NCBI RefSeq assembly: GCF_006345805.1
Contig: NC_043001.1
Coordinates: 103,850,001 to 103,914,000, forward strand
Source: Octopus sinensis
Taxonomy: Eukaryota
Direction of reading: 5' to 3'
Length of the DNA stretch: 64,000 nucleotides
The notes beneath the pieces were generated by a model, which did no database searches, was not told the origin of the DNA, and was given only the letters and a program-made list of their open reading frames with translations. Below, in pieces: positions 27,431 to 41,689 of the stretch; within the stretch, counting starts at the first letter, position 1; each line of letters begins with the position of its first letter. Made by a program: the position numbers and the translations under genes.

Positions 27431-28380
27431 TATTGTTTTATAGGTTTATTGCTCACATATCTTTTACACATATTTTTTCTGTATTCTACCTTCCACCCTG
27501 CATTTTTCCCTTTGCGTATATAGACGTGTATATGGAATCCTTTGTGCGAGCGTGTGCGTGTGTACGGGTGTGTTCGTATATAGACGTATGTGTGTGTGCG
27601 TACATGCGAGTATGTGCGTATATAGACGTGTTTTACTCATTGCCTTTTTTACACATTTTTTATCCATTTTCCTGTATTTTGCCTTTAGCCGTTTTTCTTG
27701 TGCATGTGCGTATAAAAACTTGTGTATGAACCTTTTTTTGTGCGCATATGTGTGTGTGTGTGTATGTGTGTGTGTGCATACGGGTGTGTGTGTGCATACG
27801 GGTGTGTGTGTGCATACGGGTGTGTGTGTATATAGACGTCTTTTACTCTTATTGCTTATTTTTTTTATACTTCTTTACACTTTTTTCTGCATTGTTGCCT
27901 TTAACCCTGTTTTTTTGTGCATGTGCGTATATAAACGTGTGTATGAACCTTTTTGTGCGCGCGTGTGTGCGCGAGCGTGTATGCGGGTATGTATATATAC
28001 ATAATTTTTGGCGAATATGTTGTGAGCATGTGTGTTTCAAGTGAGAGTGGATGAGTATATACATATAGGCGCATGTACGTGGTTGGTTGTGCGGGTGCGC
28101 ATGTATGTATATGGCCATGCACGCTTACGCGAATACTATGAACATTTATACTCCCTTACCTTTACTCCCTCCCCTCACTTAGCGGTGATTCTAATAGCTC
28201 TATTGTCTTAATAACGGTCAATCACACACTAATTTCCCTTAGTTTAACGGTCATTTTCATACCATTTTTTCCGATAGCCGGATAACTGAAGAGATGACGA
28301 CGTGGGTTTCCGCCCCGACATCCGGAACTCGGAGTTTTATCATGGCTACCGAGTAATTGTCACATATTGTATTTACAGAT
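27430..28380 (+). mobile_element. Non-autonomous PLE-like repeat with internal ~200-bp imperfect tandem units and a 3' hammerhead-like motif
   Basis: Repeated tatagacgt...tgtgcatgtgcgtata...tatgaacctttt units; motif at 28281-28341; its 3' end recurs inverted at ~26500-26545. Confidence 0.5.
28281..28341 (+). ncRNA. Degenerate type I hammerhead-like motif
   Basis: GATAA-CTGAAGA-GATG...CATC-C-GGAAC-T cgg A-GTT-TTATC; perfect 5-bp stem I; GAAA reads GGAA. Confidence 0.5.
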
Positions 28381-28426
28381 ATGTGTGTGTATGTGTGTGT
28401 GTGTGTGTGTGTGTGTACGTACACAA

Positions 28427-28814
28427 GAGTTACGGAATGGAGCAGATAATATCCGGGCTACGTATGTTTCATAACGAGTAGAAACTCAGAAGAGGTAACT
28501 ATTCAAGCGAGGTGTATACTGCGGGCTACAAGTCAGGCCAGTGGTATATTGATTAAATGAACGTTTACATTGTCCCTAGGAGGTACATGTTAACACATGA
28601 GAGATTCGATCAGAAGCAACTTTCACTCGGATTGAACTTTCCACACGTTAACATGTACCTCCTTGTTACAATATAATCTTTCATTTAAACTAGATGACCT
28701 TGGCCTGAAGAGTATCCTGCGGTATACACCTCGCTTGGATATTTACTACTTCTGAGGTTCCACTCGCTATGAAACATATGCAGTATGGATCTTTTCTGCT
28801 CCAATCTGTAGCTC
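28427..28814. mobile_element. Fold-back element with ~185-bp inverted arms
   Basis: gagttacggaatggagcaga...gaggtacatgttaac is matched in reverse complement by gttaacatgtacctc...tctgctccaatctgtagctc. Confidence 0.8.
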
Positions 28815-29254
28815 AGACATTAAAATCTCTGCACGAATTCCATATAGATATACTTTTATAATATTTTATATACACACGTTTTTTAAAAGTTTTTTTTTCG
28901 TATTTTTTTCAAGAGATAACACTTTCAGGAAATTTCTATAAAAACGCTATCTTGAATTTTGATTTTAGGTTTTATATCTTCAAACATCACACACACACTC
29001 GCACACACATATACACACATACATATATACATATATAAATGTGTTCATGTTTGTTTTTATGTTCAGTTCCAGTAAAAACAATTTCACATTAATCTGATGG
29101 GTTACTCTGTACTTTAGTAAATTATAAATTCATTTTTCTTAAGCAAGAATTTTGCTCTTAGTGACTTCGAAGTTTCGGCTGGTTAAGCCATCGTCTGCCC
29201 GACGATTGCATAAGTGTCAATATTATTCTTGCTTACTAATAATAATTATCCTTT

Positions 29255-29465
29255 CTGCTACAGGCACAAGACCTGAAATATTGGGGAAGGAGACTAGTCT
29301 GTTACATCGACCCGAGTGTTTCACTGGTACTTAATTTATCGATCTCGGAAGGATGAAAGGCAAAGTCGACCTTTACGGAGTTTGAACTTAGAACGTAGCG
29401 GCAGATGAAATACCGCTAAGCATTTCGCTCGGCGTGCTTACATTTCTGCCATGTCACCACCGCCT
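29255..29465 (-). mobile_element. tRNA-derived SINE family B
   Basis: Reverse complement of 50056-50260 (gtcgactttgcctttcatc...gataaattaagtaccag). Confidence 0.8.
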
Positions 29466-29529
29466 TTTTAATAATAATTTAATTATAATAATAATTATAT
29501 ATATATATATATATTGTCAGTGTAAACAA

Positions 29530-29770
29530 CCCTTTCGATCATAAATGACCATTGAATTGCAGCTAGAAAGTTCTCCTTCGAGGCTCAAGTCCGGGCAATG
29601 CTATTTTGTGGAAGACCAGCAGTCGCCCATGCATACCAGCTTCCCCTCTCCACTGGTGTTATCCAAGGGAACGGCAAAGGGTTCGATACAGCTTGGTACC
29701 AGTGACGTCGCAGCTCATTTCTACAGCTGAGTGGACTGGGACAACATGAAATAAGAATAAAGTGTCATAC
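29530..29770 (-). mobile_element. Probable third SINE family fragment
   Basis: catttctacagctgagtggactgg...aaataa..aagtgtc resembles a SINE central domain as recalled; no second copy in the window. Confidence 0.45.
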
Positions 29771-30495
29771 GGGTATATATGCACACATACTTCTTTGCAT
29801 ACATGTCTGTGTATATGCACCTCTACGTGTGTGTGTGTGTTTGTTTATAGTTTGAGAAAATTTACAACAGAGCGTTGTGCGTTTGTAGAAATAGAAACTA
29901 ATGTTCGGAATGCGTGGTTTGAAGTCAATATCTCTTTTATTATTTGTAAAGAAATAAATTTTTGATAAAGTGAGTTTGAAGGATATAAATGACAATAATA
30001 ATAAGAAAAAAACTTAATTTAATTATATGGAAATACATTATGATAAAAGAGAGAGAGAGAGAGAGAGAGATAGAGAGAGAAAGAGAGAGAGAAAGAAAGA
30101 AAGAGAGAGAGAGATAGATAGAGAGAAAGAGAGAGAGAAAGAAAGAAAGAAAGAGAGAAAGAAAGAAAAAATATAATAGTACGAAAATACAAAACATGAA
30201 ATTTGTGAGAAAAATGAGAAAAATATGAAAGAGCATAAATAAAAGAAGAACTGAAAAAAACAATGGAGAAATATTTGTAAAAAATGTAAAGGACAAGGAA
30301 GACAAAGACAGAAAGAAAAAGATTACATACTATTGATATATATATATATATATATATACATATATCATATATTACATATAGACATATATATAATATATAT
30401 ATATATATATTATATATATATATATTAATATATTGTATGTATGTATCTATTTGTGTGTATGTATGTATATATGTATGTATGCGTATGTATGTACG

Positions 30496-30530
<35 letters not shown>

Positions 30531-30884
30531 CCAAGATAAGTTAAAAATTGTCTGAAGTCGTAAGACACCTGCTGTTTTGTCCTTTTATTACTATTCTGGT
30601 TTTTTATTTCTATTTTTTGTTTCTTGTATTTATATCCGTGTGGCATCCTGTCCTTGTTTCTTATACATTCGATCCTCTTTCCAAGAAATCTAATGCCGTA
30701 GCTTAGTCTTTCTCTGGGGCTGGCCGTGATCGGAGCGATATCAGGATTAATCAGCCGAAATTGCTAAGATGATCCGGTTCCTGACTGAAGATTAGAGGCT
30801 TCGAATGACCCGTCTGTTTTTTTGTATCGTCTCTTTGTGTGTTTTTGCGTTCTTGTCCCATTTTGTAATTTATATTTAATTTCT

Positions 30885-30916
<32 letters not shown>

Positions 30917-30925
30917 CATATATAT

Positions 30926-31120
30926 GAGTTAAGGAATTAAGGAATGGAGTAGATACGATCTGAGCTACGTATGTTTCATAGCAGAGCGGAACCTCGGAAG
31001 TGGTAAATATCCAAGCGAGGTATATACTGCTGGCTACTGTTCAGACCAAGGGTATCTTGATTAAATGAGCTATACATTGTCGTTAAGAGGTGCATGTTAG
31101 CACACGAAAGATTCGACCGA
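30926..31120. mobile_element. Solo arm of the fold-back family at 28427-28814
   Basis: ggaatggag...ctacgtatgtttcata...atatccaagcgaggt...ttaaatga...gcatgttagcac aligns with one arm. Confidence 0.75.
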
Positions 31121-31628
31121 ATAAGGGTCCTTATGAGCCTGCTTGTGATGGTCCCTAGGTAACCTATATCAACTGACTTTACCACAATCATCATATTTCA
31201 AAAGCCAAATCCCGGTATTTTTTTCTATTTTCTCCTCTTCTTTGGCTACTATATTCATGTCTGCACCATCAATGATGCTGCACTGTTTTATCCTTTCTCA
31301 ACAACCATAATATCTGGTTACCTGGCATGAATTTCCCGATCAGCCTATACTTTAAAAAAATCGCATAAAATCTTATGTTGTTCGTGCTCTATAACACTTT
31401 CTGGTTGACATTCCTACCATTTTTTACCAACCTTAAACCTTCTTCGACGTAATATGTCCCAGTGTAGTGTCTCGGCCACTGAGTCTGGTCTACATTTTTA
31501 TACTTAAATTTGATAGCTGGTACCCGAGGACGGACTTAATAAACCAAACTTCGAGGTTAAAACCAAGTGAACTTAATGTGCACGCGTGTTTGTATATATA
31601 TATATATAATATATATATATATGTGTGT

Positions 31629-31661
<33 letters not shown>

Positions 31662-31672
31662 ATGCGTGTATG

Positions 31673-31717
<45 letters not shown>

Positions 31718-32577
31718 ATGCGTGTATATACATATGTGTGTGTTTGTATGCATGTAGGTATGAATCTATATGTATGATAGTATGTGTGTGGAAATGTGCG
31801 TGTGTCTATGCATATAAATATGTGTATATGTATTTGCATATATATATATGTGTATGTGTAAATGTGCGTATATATATATATATATATATTTGTGTATACA
31901 TGTAGGTATGAATGTATGTATGTATGTATGTATGATAGTATGTGTGGGCAAATATGTGTGTGTCTTCTGCATATATATGTATATATGTATATACTTATAT
32001 GTGTGTGTGAATGTGTATGTATGATTGTGTGTGTGAGTGTGTGATTGCGTGCGCATGTGTGTAGTAAATCAGGTGCGATAAGACAATCCAGATATTTACC
32101 TTTAAGGGGTCGCAGTCACTTCTATGATTAGCAGCTGCCTGATAATTGCCCAACAAGAATTATTCCCCTATGAAATTGTGTAGTTTCAAATGAACGAAGA
32201 ATACGCAAATTCCATTTCCGTCGTAGAGTTTTAAGAAGAAAAACTGTAGATTCTGGTATCACTTTTATTTGACAATAAACAATTGTATAAACAACTCCAT
32301 TGTGGCTAATCTCACCATCATGTTTATAAACATGTCGATTATTGAGGATCGTGTGGATGATGTTAAGCAATGCCTCTATATAACTATGCATGGAATTGCC
32401 TCGTTAGAACTCTTTATGGATGGCTGTGTTTTGTGTACCACATAGCATACACGACTCGATTACTAATAAGACATATGCTTATTAGCATAACGCCGGATTA
32501 GTCACCATAGAAATGGTGAAACAATTGTAAACTGCGGAATAAGGTTGTATCAAAAACTCTAATCGCTAATCTTTATA

Positions 32578-34694
32578 TCAAGCAAAGAAAAGTTTCTGCC
32601 TTTCCCGGCCAATGGAAAGAGGAGGGACAATCCTGATGATGGACTCAGTTGACAACTGTACTCCATCCAGACGTGACAGCAGATGTTCTACGTAAAACCA
32701 TAGATCCGAAATCAACGGACACTGTACGTTAGTGTGCAGAACAGTTTCGTTGCTCTGTCCGCATCTCGGACATGTCCGTGTCTGCATATCTGCGCCTGAA
32801 GAGTTTATCGCGATCAAGAAGAGCTCCTCGGTAGCATTGCCAGGCCAGAGATTTCTGGTAGTTAACCATGGGCCCTGGCCCAAACATCCCCCGGAACAGA
32901 CTGGTGAGTCATCGAGGCCCAGAGCATCATCGCACTTAGCAGCCACTAACCCTCTATAAAATGACAAGGTAGAACCCCCGCTACTCGCATTGCCCGTGAT
33001 CAATGAGTTCAATTCGCGAAAGGAGTACTAAAGGAATTGAAATGTACGAAGCTCAGTTTCACGAAAGGAGACCACATCTGTTCACCGTCTCGGTAGATCT
33101 GGAGATATCTCATGTCTGTGCATTTTCAGCCAAGGCATCCTCAGTCCTCTTTTTAGCGGTAGTTGACGGCAAATAGAACGTCTGACCAGTGGTCCTCTGT
33201 CTCTCCACAAAAAGCGGAAGAGCAGGCGCTTCCGCTTGACCAGGCACGAATCTGGGCAAGGCACGTTGGTTAGGCGGTAGGTGATGATGGAAGCGATAAA
33301 CACATTCCCTACCATCGTTGGCGGACCGAATGCACGATGCTGAACGGCTCTGAAAGATGATCGTTCATCAATCTACCGATTTAATGTTTCCGTATAAGGC
33401 GGTGATGCAACCACAGAAGTCCGGGCCAAACCTGGCCGCTTCGAGAACTACCGACAGATAGCGATGGTCAACCCTATCGAATGATTTAGACTGATCTAAA
33501 TGTATCAGTACCCCGCCCATGCCAGGACTATTAACCACCCTGTCTATGGTGTAGTGTATGAGGTGGAGGATGTCGTGGATTATTTTGGATGGAATGGTGC
33601 ATGATTGCGCCTTCCCAACCAGTTTGTCGATGACAAGCGGCAACCTCTGGCCTAGCACCTTGGCCAAAATCTTTTGACCGCATTTGTAACAGCTGGGCCA
33701 TCGACCATCCACCATGAGTCGGAGGGCTGTGCCATCTGGTAAATTTATTAAAACGGGTATAATCTCGAGATCCTTCTATGTGGCCTGTATGATGATTTCG
33801 AGGCCTTCGCCCCAACAGTTTTGTTGATGCAGCTTCGTGACCTGCAGTATGGAAACGCTACTTTCCAAATCGATCAAAACAGCGGCCACGAGCCATACTA
33901 CATCCGTTTCTGGTGGAAACACCCCAATTGTTATTTTAGACGTATGTTTACCCATATAAGTGGGCGGTAGCACCAGTTCATTAGTTTTCAAAGGCACTGT
34001 GGAGGGTTGCTTTGCTTCTTCGGAAGCGAACCTTACTTCCAGAGTGCCGTATCTTTTTCCTTTGCCCACGTATTTGGTATCGCCCCAAATGGGCTGCAGG
34101 CACTTTTTTCTATTGTTTCCTTTGGCATATGTTTGACTTTTAAATATTATTGCTTTTTTTCAAGCCGTTTGTTGAATTCTGTCACCGGGTGGGATTAAGT
34201 TTATATTGTTCCCTTCACGCTCTGCTAAGCTTTTGTATTTTTCTGGGTCTTCCTGGTTTATAGTTGCAATAGACCCGAAACCGCGTTGGTTTGGTTTGCT
34301 GAATTTATTTTCTTTGTCAATTCTTTTTCATTGTTTGGCATTGAGGGTTCCTTTGTAGAAATTGTATATTTCTGATTTTTTTCTTGGCTTACCTCCTGTT
34401 CGCAACAGGAAAGTGTTGGGAACATTTTGTGGTACATCTCGTTGAGCCTGTTAATATTGACGGGGGGGTTGTCTTTGTTTTTGCTGGAAGCCATAATTTC
34501 AAAAATGTGTAAATAAATTACACAAGAAGTTGCAAAGAAAAAATTCGATTTGCCCCGTAAAGGGGGAATTTCTAGACTCGATAACACACAAAATTCACAC
34601 GAAAACACAATTTAGATAGACAAATAGCAGAACACGTCCAATCGGTAAGAAATTGCCGAACCGTCATACGTCGTCTAAGGACGGGAGAGTCTGT

Positions 34695-34698
<4 letters not shown>
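32578..34698 (-). mobile_element. Tx1/L1-clade LINE remnant with 5' UTR, ORF1 pieces and deleted ORF2
   Basis: KILAKVLGQRL...HLDQSKSFDRVDHRYL (RT), FIASIITYRL...LFRFLW, TCPRCGQSNETVLH..VQC; ORF1 start MASSKNKD; large internal deletions. Confidence 0.85.
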
Positions 34699-34766
<68 letters not shown>

Positions 34767-35752
34767 TACACGCACACGCACGCACTGAAGAAAACCCTAA
34801 CCGCCAAATAGGAATTAGGCATATATGTGCGGTACTTCTATCAGCCGTTTTAGGGGTCTAAGTAGTTCAGATTATATGCGCCCTTTATATCGACGTATGT
34901 ACGCACACACACACACACACAAACAAACACGTACAAACACACATGTATATATATACATTCGTGTGTATATAGATATGACGAAATATTTCCATCTTTCTAT
35001 CTATTTTTTAACTCTTTAACTCTCGTTTACGCTGTGCATCTTTTTCTTTCTTGCTTTCTTTCTTTTCTTCTAACTTCCGGTCGACATTTGCTCGTGCTTC
35101 ACAAGAGGAAGTGACATTTGTAAAGGTTACACCGGAAGATGCAATTTCTATGATTACGGCATTGATACGATATATATATCATCATAGTATAGATATATGT
35201 TATCATATATGCGTGTGCGCGCATATGGTGTGTGTGTGTGAGAGAGAGAGAGAGAGACACACACACACACAGAGACAGAGATAGGAATGGAAACGTACGT
35301 CTTATTTTGTTTCTTGCTGTTTGATGCAGTGTACAAGCTCCGTTCGAAAATATCCACCACAATACGGTGAATAATAGTTTCTGTTATGTATGGAAGCAAG
35401 TCAAGCTAAATTATACACACGCGGTATGCAGTCTTGATCGTCGAAACACCAATTCCGATGCGGCTACCGAAAGCGATTTAAGCGTTGTTTGAGAAACACC
35501 TGTCTTGCGTTGCAGACATACATAGATATACGTATATACATACATATATGCACGTATGTATGTATGTATCAACATATTTCGAAGTTTGTCTTAATATCGA
35601 CGACTCTCTGTTGAAACATCAGCATTACAATTTAGAGAATAACTGTATGCGTTATGTATACATTTGAAAATTTAAGTATCAGAGTGTAGAAGTGAACTTC
35701 AAGCAGTGCGTAGAAAATATTAAAAAAACAACTTTCAGGAACAATAGTGTCT

Positions 35753-35832
<80 letters not shown>

Positions 35833-36653
35833 ATAATAATAATTTGAGGGAATATTATTCCTAACTTACAGGGAAAAATTCAATTTAGAAATACTAAATC
35901 AAATTTCACAAAATATAATATATATATATATATATAAATTAGAAAAAAACACCTTTTAACAATTCAAAATGAACAATTAAATTACACCATCTAGAAAATT
36001 ACATATAATAGAAATATTAAATATAAGATAAAAATAATATATCGATGATGTGCATTTAGGAAACTGTGTATATGCATACATACATACATAAGGACGACTA
36101 TTGACAAGTACGTACATACACATACGTATTCGCATCTCCATTCACACACACACACACATACACACACGCACACATAGACGTGCACACACACACACGAATA
36201 TGTATGTGTATATTTGTACGTAAGTATGTACTACATATTTCTGAATATCATATCCCTTTGTACTCTGAATCTTAAGTGCAAAAACATTTCCCTTAATATA
36301 CTCGTAACACGCGGTTTTGTACTTAAAATGATTTGCAGTATATTTCGGGATCCTGTAAGTTTCTCAACAGAATTTTGTTTCCTCTCTTATGAATACGTTC
36401 ATATAATTTCCATCTTTTCATTGAATAGAGACAACAGAATGTAACGAACGATTGCACGCACAAATAGATCTAATTCTCTAAAATAGCTTTATGCTGTGTG
36501 TACCTGCATTGTAAATCGTATATCATTCAGGCGGCTTCGTTGAGGTCGAATTCATGGAAGATTTAATATCTCCTGTAAAAAAGTGCGATGCACCAAAAGC
36601 ATCTTACACATTATATATTGTGGCAAATTAGCAAACACACACATACACAAATA

Positions 36654-36706
<53 letters not shown>

Positions 36707-36711
<5 letters not shown>

Positions 36712-37141
36712 TAATTTAGAGGATCTAAGAGATATCATCACGCTTGAAATAGCAGCCAAAACGTGACTAAAACCACATTAATGTTTCATACAGCACCAGC
36801 AGAGAAAGCAAAAAGACAAAAAAAAAAAAATTTCTGAATAATTCCAGATCCCGGATTTCTACCTCTGCATAAGAAATGCTTTGCCTCATCAGTGGAATAT
36901 ACGCAGCATATAAATACAAATATATATATATATATATAAAACATACGAATACTTACAGATACGAACGTATACATATATATATATATATATGCACGTATGC
37001 ACACGATCAGTTTAAATTTTTTTGCTAGTTTATTTTGTCTTCTCTCCTGGTGCTGTATGAACTTTTAATGTGGTTTAAGAGTCAAGTTTTGGCTGCTATT
37101 TCAAGCGAGGTGGTATATCTTAGATACCTTAAATTATAATT
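36707..37141. mobile_element. MITE with ~110-bp TIRs
   Basis: aattataattt...cgcttgaaatagcagccaaaac...catacagcaccag is mirrored at ~37030-37141. Confidence 0.8.
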
Positions 37142-37197
37142 TAATAATAATTATTACCATTGAAGGTTTTTATTCCCATGATGGCCACTTGATAAGT

Positions 37198-37269
<72 letters not shown>

Positions 37270-37276
<7 letters not shown>

Positions 37277-37400
37277 TTTTTATTTTTTCAGACATTTGAC
37301 TGCGACCATGCTGGAGCACCGCCTTTAGTCGAGCAAATTGACCTCAGGATTTATCCTTTGTAAGCTTAGTACTTATTCTATCGGTTTCTTTTGCCGAACC
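37270..37400 (-). mobile_element. SINE family A 3' fragment
   Basis: gactgcgaccatgctggagcaccgcctttagtcgagcaa...ctatcggtttcttttgccgaacc. Confidence 0.8.
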
Positions 37401-40027
37401 AAATATTCCGGATAAAATTTGGGTCTCTTGATTGGCATTGGTGATACCAATTTCTACCATGGTAATAAGCTGTTTTTTTTTATAGCGGTGGAGGGAGTGA
37501 TGATAGTTTTAGTTGTGGCGGTGGTTGAGGCTGTAGTTGTGAGATAGAGTTAATGTTGTAGTAACTATCATATTAAGGGAAATGGTATTGTTATTGTATG
37601 CTGGGCAGTTGGTGTGTCAGTGCTTTGATCCTGCTTGAATAGGCTTTTACCCCAGGAGATTCCACCTCAAGATTCATCACCTCAACCATCGGAATACTGC
37701 ACCATTTGAAGTTATAACTGTCAAAAGAAACATTGGAGGTTTACAGGAATCTACTTGCAAGGTTGATTTTCTTTGCATGGCAAAAGCATTGACATTCAAC
37801 ATCTCATAGTTCACTGCTTTGGTCCATTGGCACTAATCACAGAAACAATTACCTTCGTTAAGACCGACAAGGTATCCATTATGCAAAACCTAGAATCTGC
37901 CCAGGAAAAGATTCTGTAGCTATAATCACTAAAAGTGGCATTTGGAACTTAATGAGAGGATTATGATGCATCATGTTTCCATCCTTCAAATCACACACAT
38001 TAACTATGGTTATATTGGAATGAAGATTCTCATTTAGAGAAATACAAGATGGTCTTACTGGAAATATCTTTGATCATAGAACTGACCGACCTAAGGCTAA
38101 ACATTAACGTATGTAAGATATAGATAATATTTTACTATATAATCTATACACTTTTTTAGCTTCAGTTAATTTTGGAACATTATTATTTTTCTATAAATTT
38201 GCCCAATAAAAACCATAACGCAATAAATTTAGGTCATTCTACTTCCATGAATTATACCCACAGCTGGCAGTGGTGACAATTCTTCAGGTGATTCTATCAC
38301 ATCATTATGACAATAAATTTTTAACAATGTCGCAGTCACGGCGTTAATTCCATTTTTCAGTTGTCTCTCTTTTTTCTTTTTTTTGCAGCCAAATTTCAGA
38401 AACTACATCAATTTCAACGAACCAAGAATTAATTTCCAGCTAACATTCTTAAATGCTATTAGTTGTTGTTGTTGTTTACTGAACGAACCGAATGTATTAC
38501 ACAAGCGTTTGTCGAAAATTAAGCAGTTTTCTACTAGGACCTGTTATCTACAGACATCTTGGTGTTCCACCATGTCAAAACGACAATTGATTTTCTTCCC
38601 ATTTCTTTTAAAATTTTCCTTTCTCATGCTAAGCGCGCTGATACAAGATTGAACCGTGTGACATATGCATTTGTTTGCATGAACATCGTTGAAAGGCAAT
38701 GCTTCTCTGTGCTTGAGAGTATGGCCGTCAGCGTGCTTAGTTTACGTTGTTTGAAATCAGTATCGTTGTATATGTCCCATAACTTAGGAATTCGACAAAT
38801 CGAAGGGAAAAAACTTAATATTTTGCTTCTGGTCATGAAACATCTGGAAATACTTGTACTATGGCATCATCGTGTGATGATGATGTAAGCAATTATTTTT
38901 ATCAAGGAGTATTCTATATTCTCCAAATCTCAATACACTTCGAACAAATTCTTTAGACAAATCATCGGCCAAAAGAATGGTTCTAATATTCTTTGTTAAG
39001 CTAATTCCTGTTACGTGCCTCCTTAAATGGCTTCAAGTAAGCTTTTAACTCATCTGCTTTAGTGCTCTTTGGAATTACAGGCGAAGTCTGGCGAAAGTTT
39101 CTTGATAGGAAAGTGTTAATAGTTAATAGTTCAGAATTTCTAAAAATTTGGAATCTCTTGTTTCTTTTAATAGTTCTGATGTTGATCCATGATTGGTATG
39201 AGGAAGTCGATACTCAGGCAACTCATTCCTCCTCATAGATAGAAGTTTGTTATTTCTGTATTATTTCTTTCATTAACAATCGATGCTGCTTTTTAGACTT
39301 CATCACTGAATCCTATTTTCCTGTCCGGCCATTGCAATAGAATTTGGTATCGGTAATCTCTTGCAAGATTGTTACTGGATCTGAGCTGCGTTAAAATTGA
39401 AGCTCCTTAAATGGCAGTGGAGTAGCAAACGGTGATTTCAAGCTACCTCTTGCTCAAGATACAGAAATCTCTGACATAGCTGACACCCAATGACTATCAT
39501 CCTACAACAGTCCTAATCTAAAACGTATTTCTGTTTATGAAATACAAACATGACCATCAAATGCTTGAAAGCCGAGAAAAAATGTGGAATCATGGATTTC
39601 ATGAAGAAAAGCTCAAAAGCATTGTTGCTGAGTTGAAAGCGCAGAATAAACTCTTCACAAAACATTGTGAACTAAGATTCCAGGATAGCCTTCACCTCAG
39701 CCCCTCTTTTTCTGCAATTTCTTGTTTATTGTTTAATGTATAACAAGACGGTAATGAACAGTATGATAGGGGTTTAGAGAAAGAATCATGTAAAGTATGA
39801 GAAATTTCTGTCGTGAAATATATTCTTTGTCCATTTTTTTAAAAATGAACTATCAGTTGCTCTACTGGGGGATACCGTTCATGGATAGCGAAGCTAAATA
39901 TTCTTCAAAATGTCTCATTGCTACAAAAATACCATCTGGAATTGCCTGACTTCATGTTGAAATGTCTGTTGAAGAGTGAACATTGCGACATAAGAACCCT
40001 TGTTAACATATTTGCAAATATACATTA

Positions 40028-40420
40028 CTAGCAGTATCGCCCGGCATTGCTCGGGTTGTAAGGGAAATAACTATATAAGCATTTTTAGAGAGTTATAGCC
40101 AAAAAATAGCAAAAAAATGCATTAAAAATTGAAAAAAAATTAAGGTAAATTTTTTTTTTAATCGTTGACACATCGTAGATATTTTTAGAGAGTTACTTCC
40201 CTTATATAAAAGCGAAAAAATGCATTAAGATGGAAAAATATGATGGTAAATTTTTTTAAATCGTAGACTCATCGTAGACGCGCGCTAATACCCAGAAGGG
40301 CTCGATATGAATCACGACTATAAGATACCCGGTTTTGGTTAAACTGCACCGCAAAATGTGGGAGTAGTTACGAATCTAAATCGTAGGAGACAGACACACA
40401 ACTTCACTCTTATATAAAGA
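40028..40420 (-). mobile_element. Non-autonomous Helitron (393 bp)
   Basis: 5' TCTTTATATAAG; 3' hairpin CCCGAGCAATGCCGGG then CTAG; inserted between A and T. Confidence 0.85.
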
Positions 40421-40750
40421 TGCTTTTTTTTTTCAGTCATAGAGTTAGATTTATGAAGGTCTTCAGTAGAAAATCCTTCGAATTCTGACTCGCTGCTTGA
40501 TATAATGAAATTCATATCCATTTTTTGTCAGAATTACAAATTTTGAAAACACAATAGGAACAAATTTCGGAAAAAAATCTCCCATAATTCACGGAATTAA
40601 AATTACACTTCGATTTTTGTACAAAACTGTAGTTGAAGTGTTTACGAAGTATAATACGTGTTTTCACGAATGTACTAAAGAGATTTACTCTGATATTCTC
40701 ATTTAAATATGAATAGGTAAATTCGGGCGGTTTGGTAACGAAAGGGTTAA
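40421..40750 (-). mobile_element. piggyBac-like 5' end fragment
   Basis: Minus strand begins TTAA-CCCTTTCGTTACC; acidic ORF start SSSESEFEGFS; other end absent. Confidence 0.65.
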
Positions 40751-41689
40751 ACGGATGCATACATTTATTAATCTCTTATAATAACTATATATAAGTGTCG
40801 TCTGTTTATACATAAACACTGTTTCATACTGCAATTATATATACATATATCTATATATAATATTATATAATAAAATATATACAGAGTAAAATAAAAACCA
40901 ATTTACCTTTTCTGTATTGTTATAGCAATTCCACCGTCCGTGTGTCTTTGCAAATGTGTTGGAATGATAAGTGAGTTGTTTTTTGGCGCCTTTTTTACTA
41001 ATAACAAACACACACGTGTTTGTATGTAGTTGTTTAAAACGTTTGTGTTTGCCACTCTCATATATGTATGTGTATGCGTGTGTGTGAGGAATGACACACA
41101 CACACTCACGCACGCACACATGTACATCAATGCTTTCGGAGTGAAATGTTAAAATATTGAGTTTTCTCGAATTTTGTCTTAATTGGGGGTGAAATTGAAA
41201 GAAATATATTATGGCATGACCGAATGGAGTACTTTGAAAAATCTTAGGTAAACTCTAATTGAAGAAATTGTGTGAGGAGTAAATCGTTATGTATTTATTT
41301 GTTTCTGTTTGCTGTGTTTTTTTATTTTTTGAGTAGTGGTTTAAATACTTTCAGTTTAGTCTTCCTCAAATCACTCTGTCGCTATTTACTTTCATTTTAT
41401 TCGTTGCACACTGTGTGTGTGCGTGTGCGTGTGGTGTAAACCACATTAAGAAAAGCATTTGACATACACACCAGAATGTGAGTTTTCTGTAAATTTTGCT
41501 TAATTGGAGTTTAAATTTTAAAAACTGGACCTGGCATGACCCGATGCATTCTACTCTTAAAAATGCTAGGTAAATTGTAATTGAAGAAATCCTATATTCT
41601 AATAGGAAAATGGCGTGACATCCCTAATTATGTACCTCAGTTGTGATGTTCTATGTCATCTCCCAATCTAGTTTAGCCCACGTATCTGT

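Noticed and set aside
27430-27960. Repeat-spacer pattern suggestive of CRISPR
   Set aside because: Eukaryotic context, degenerate ~200-bp units with microsatellites, no cas genes
36860-36895. Minus-strand CTGATGAGGC inside the MITE
   Set aside because: No matching GCC-GAAA downstream
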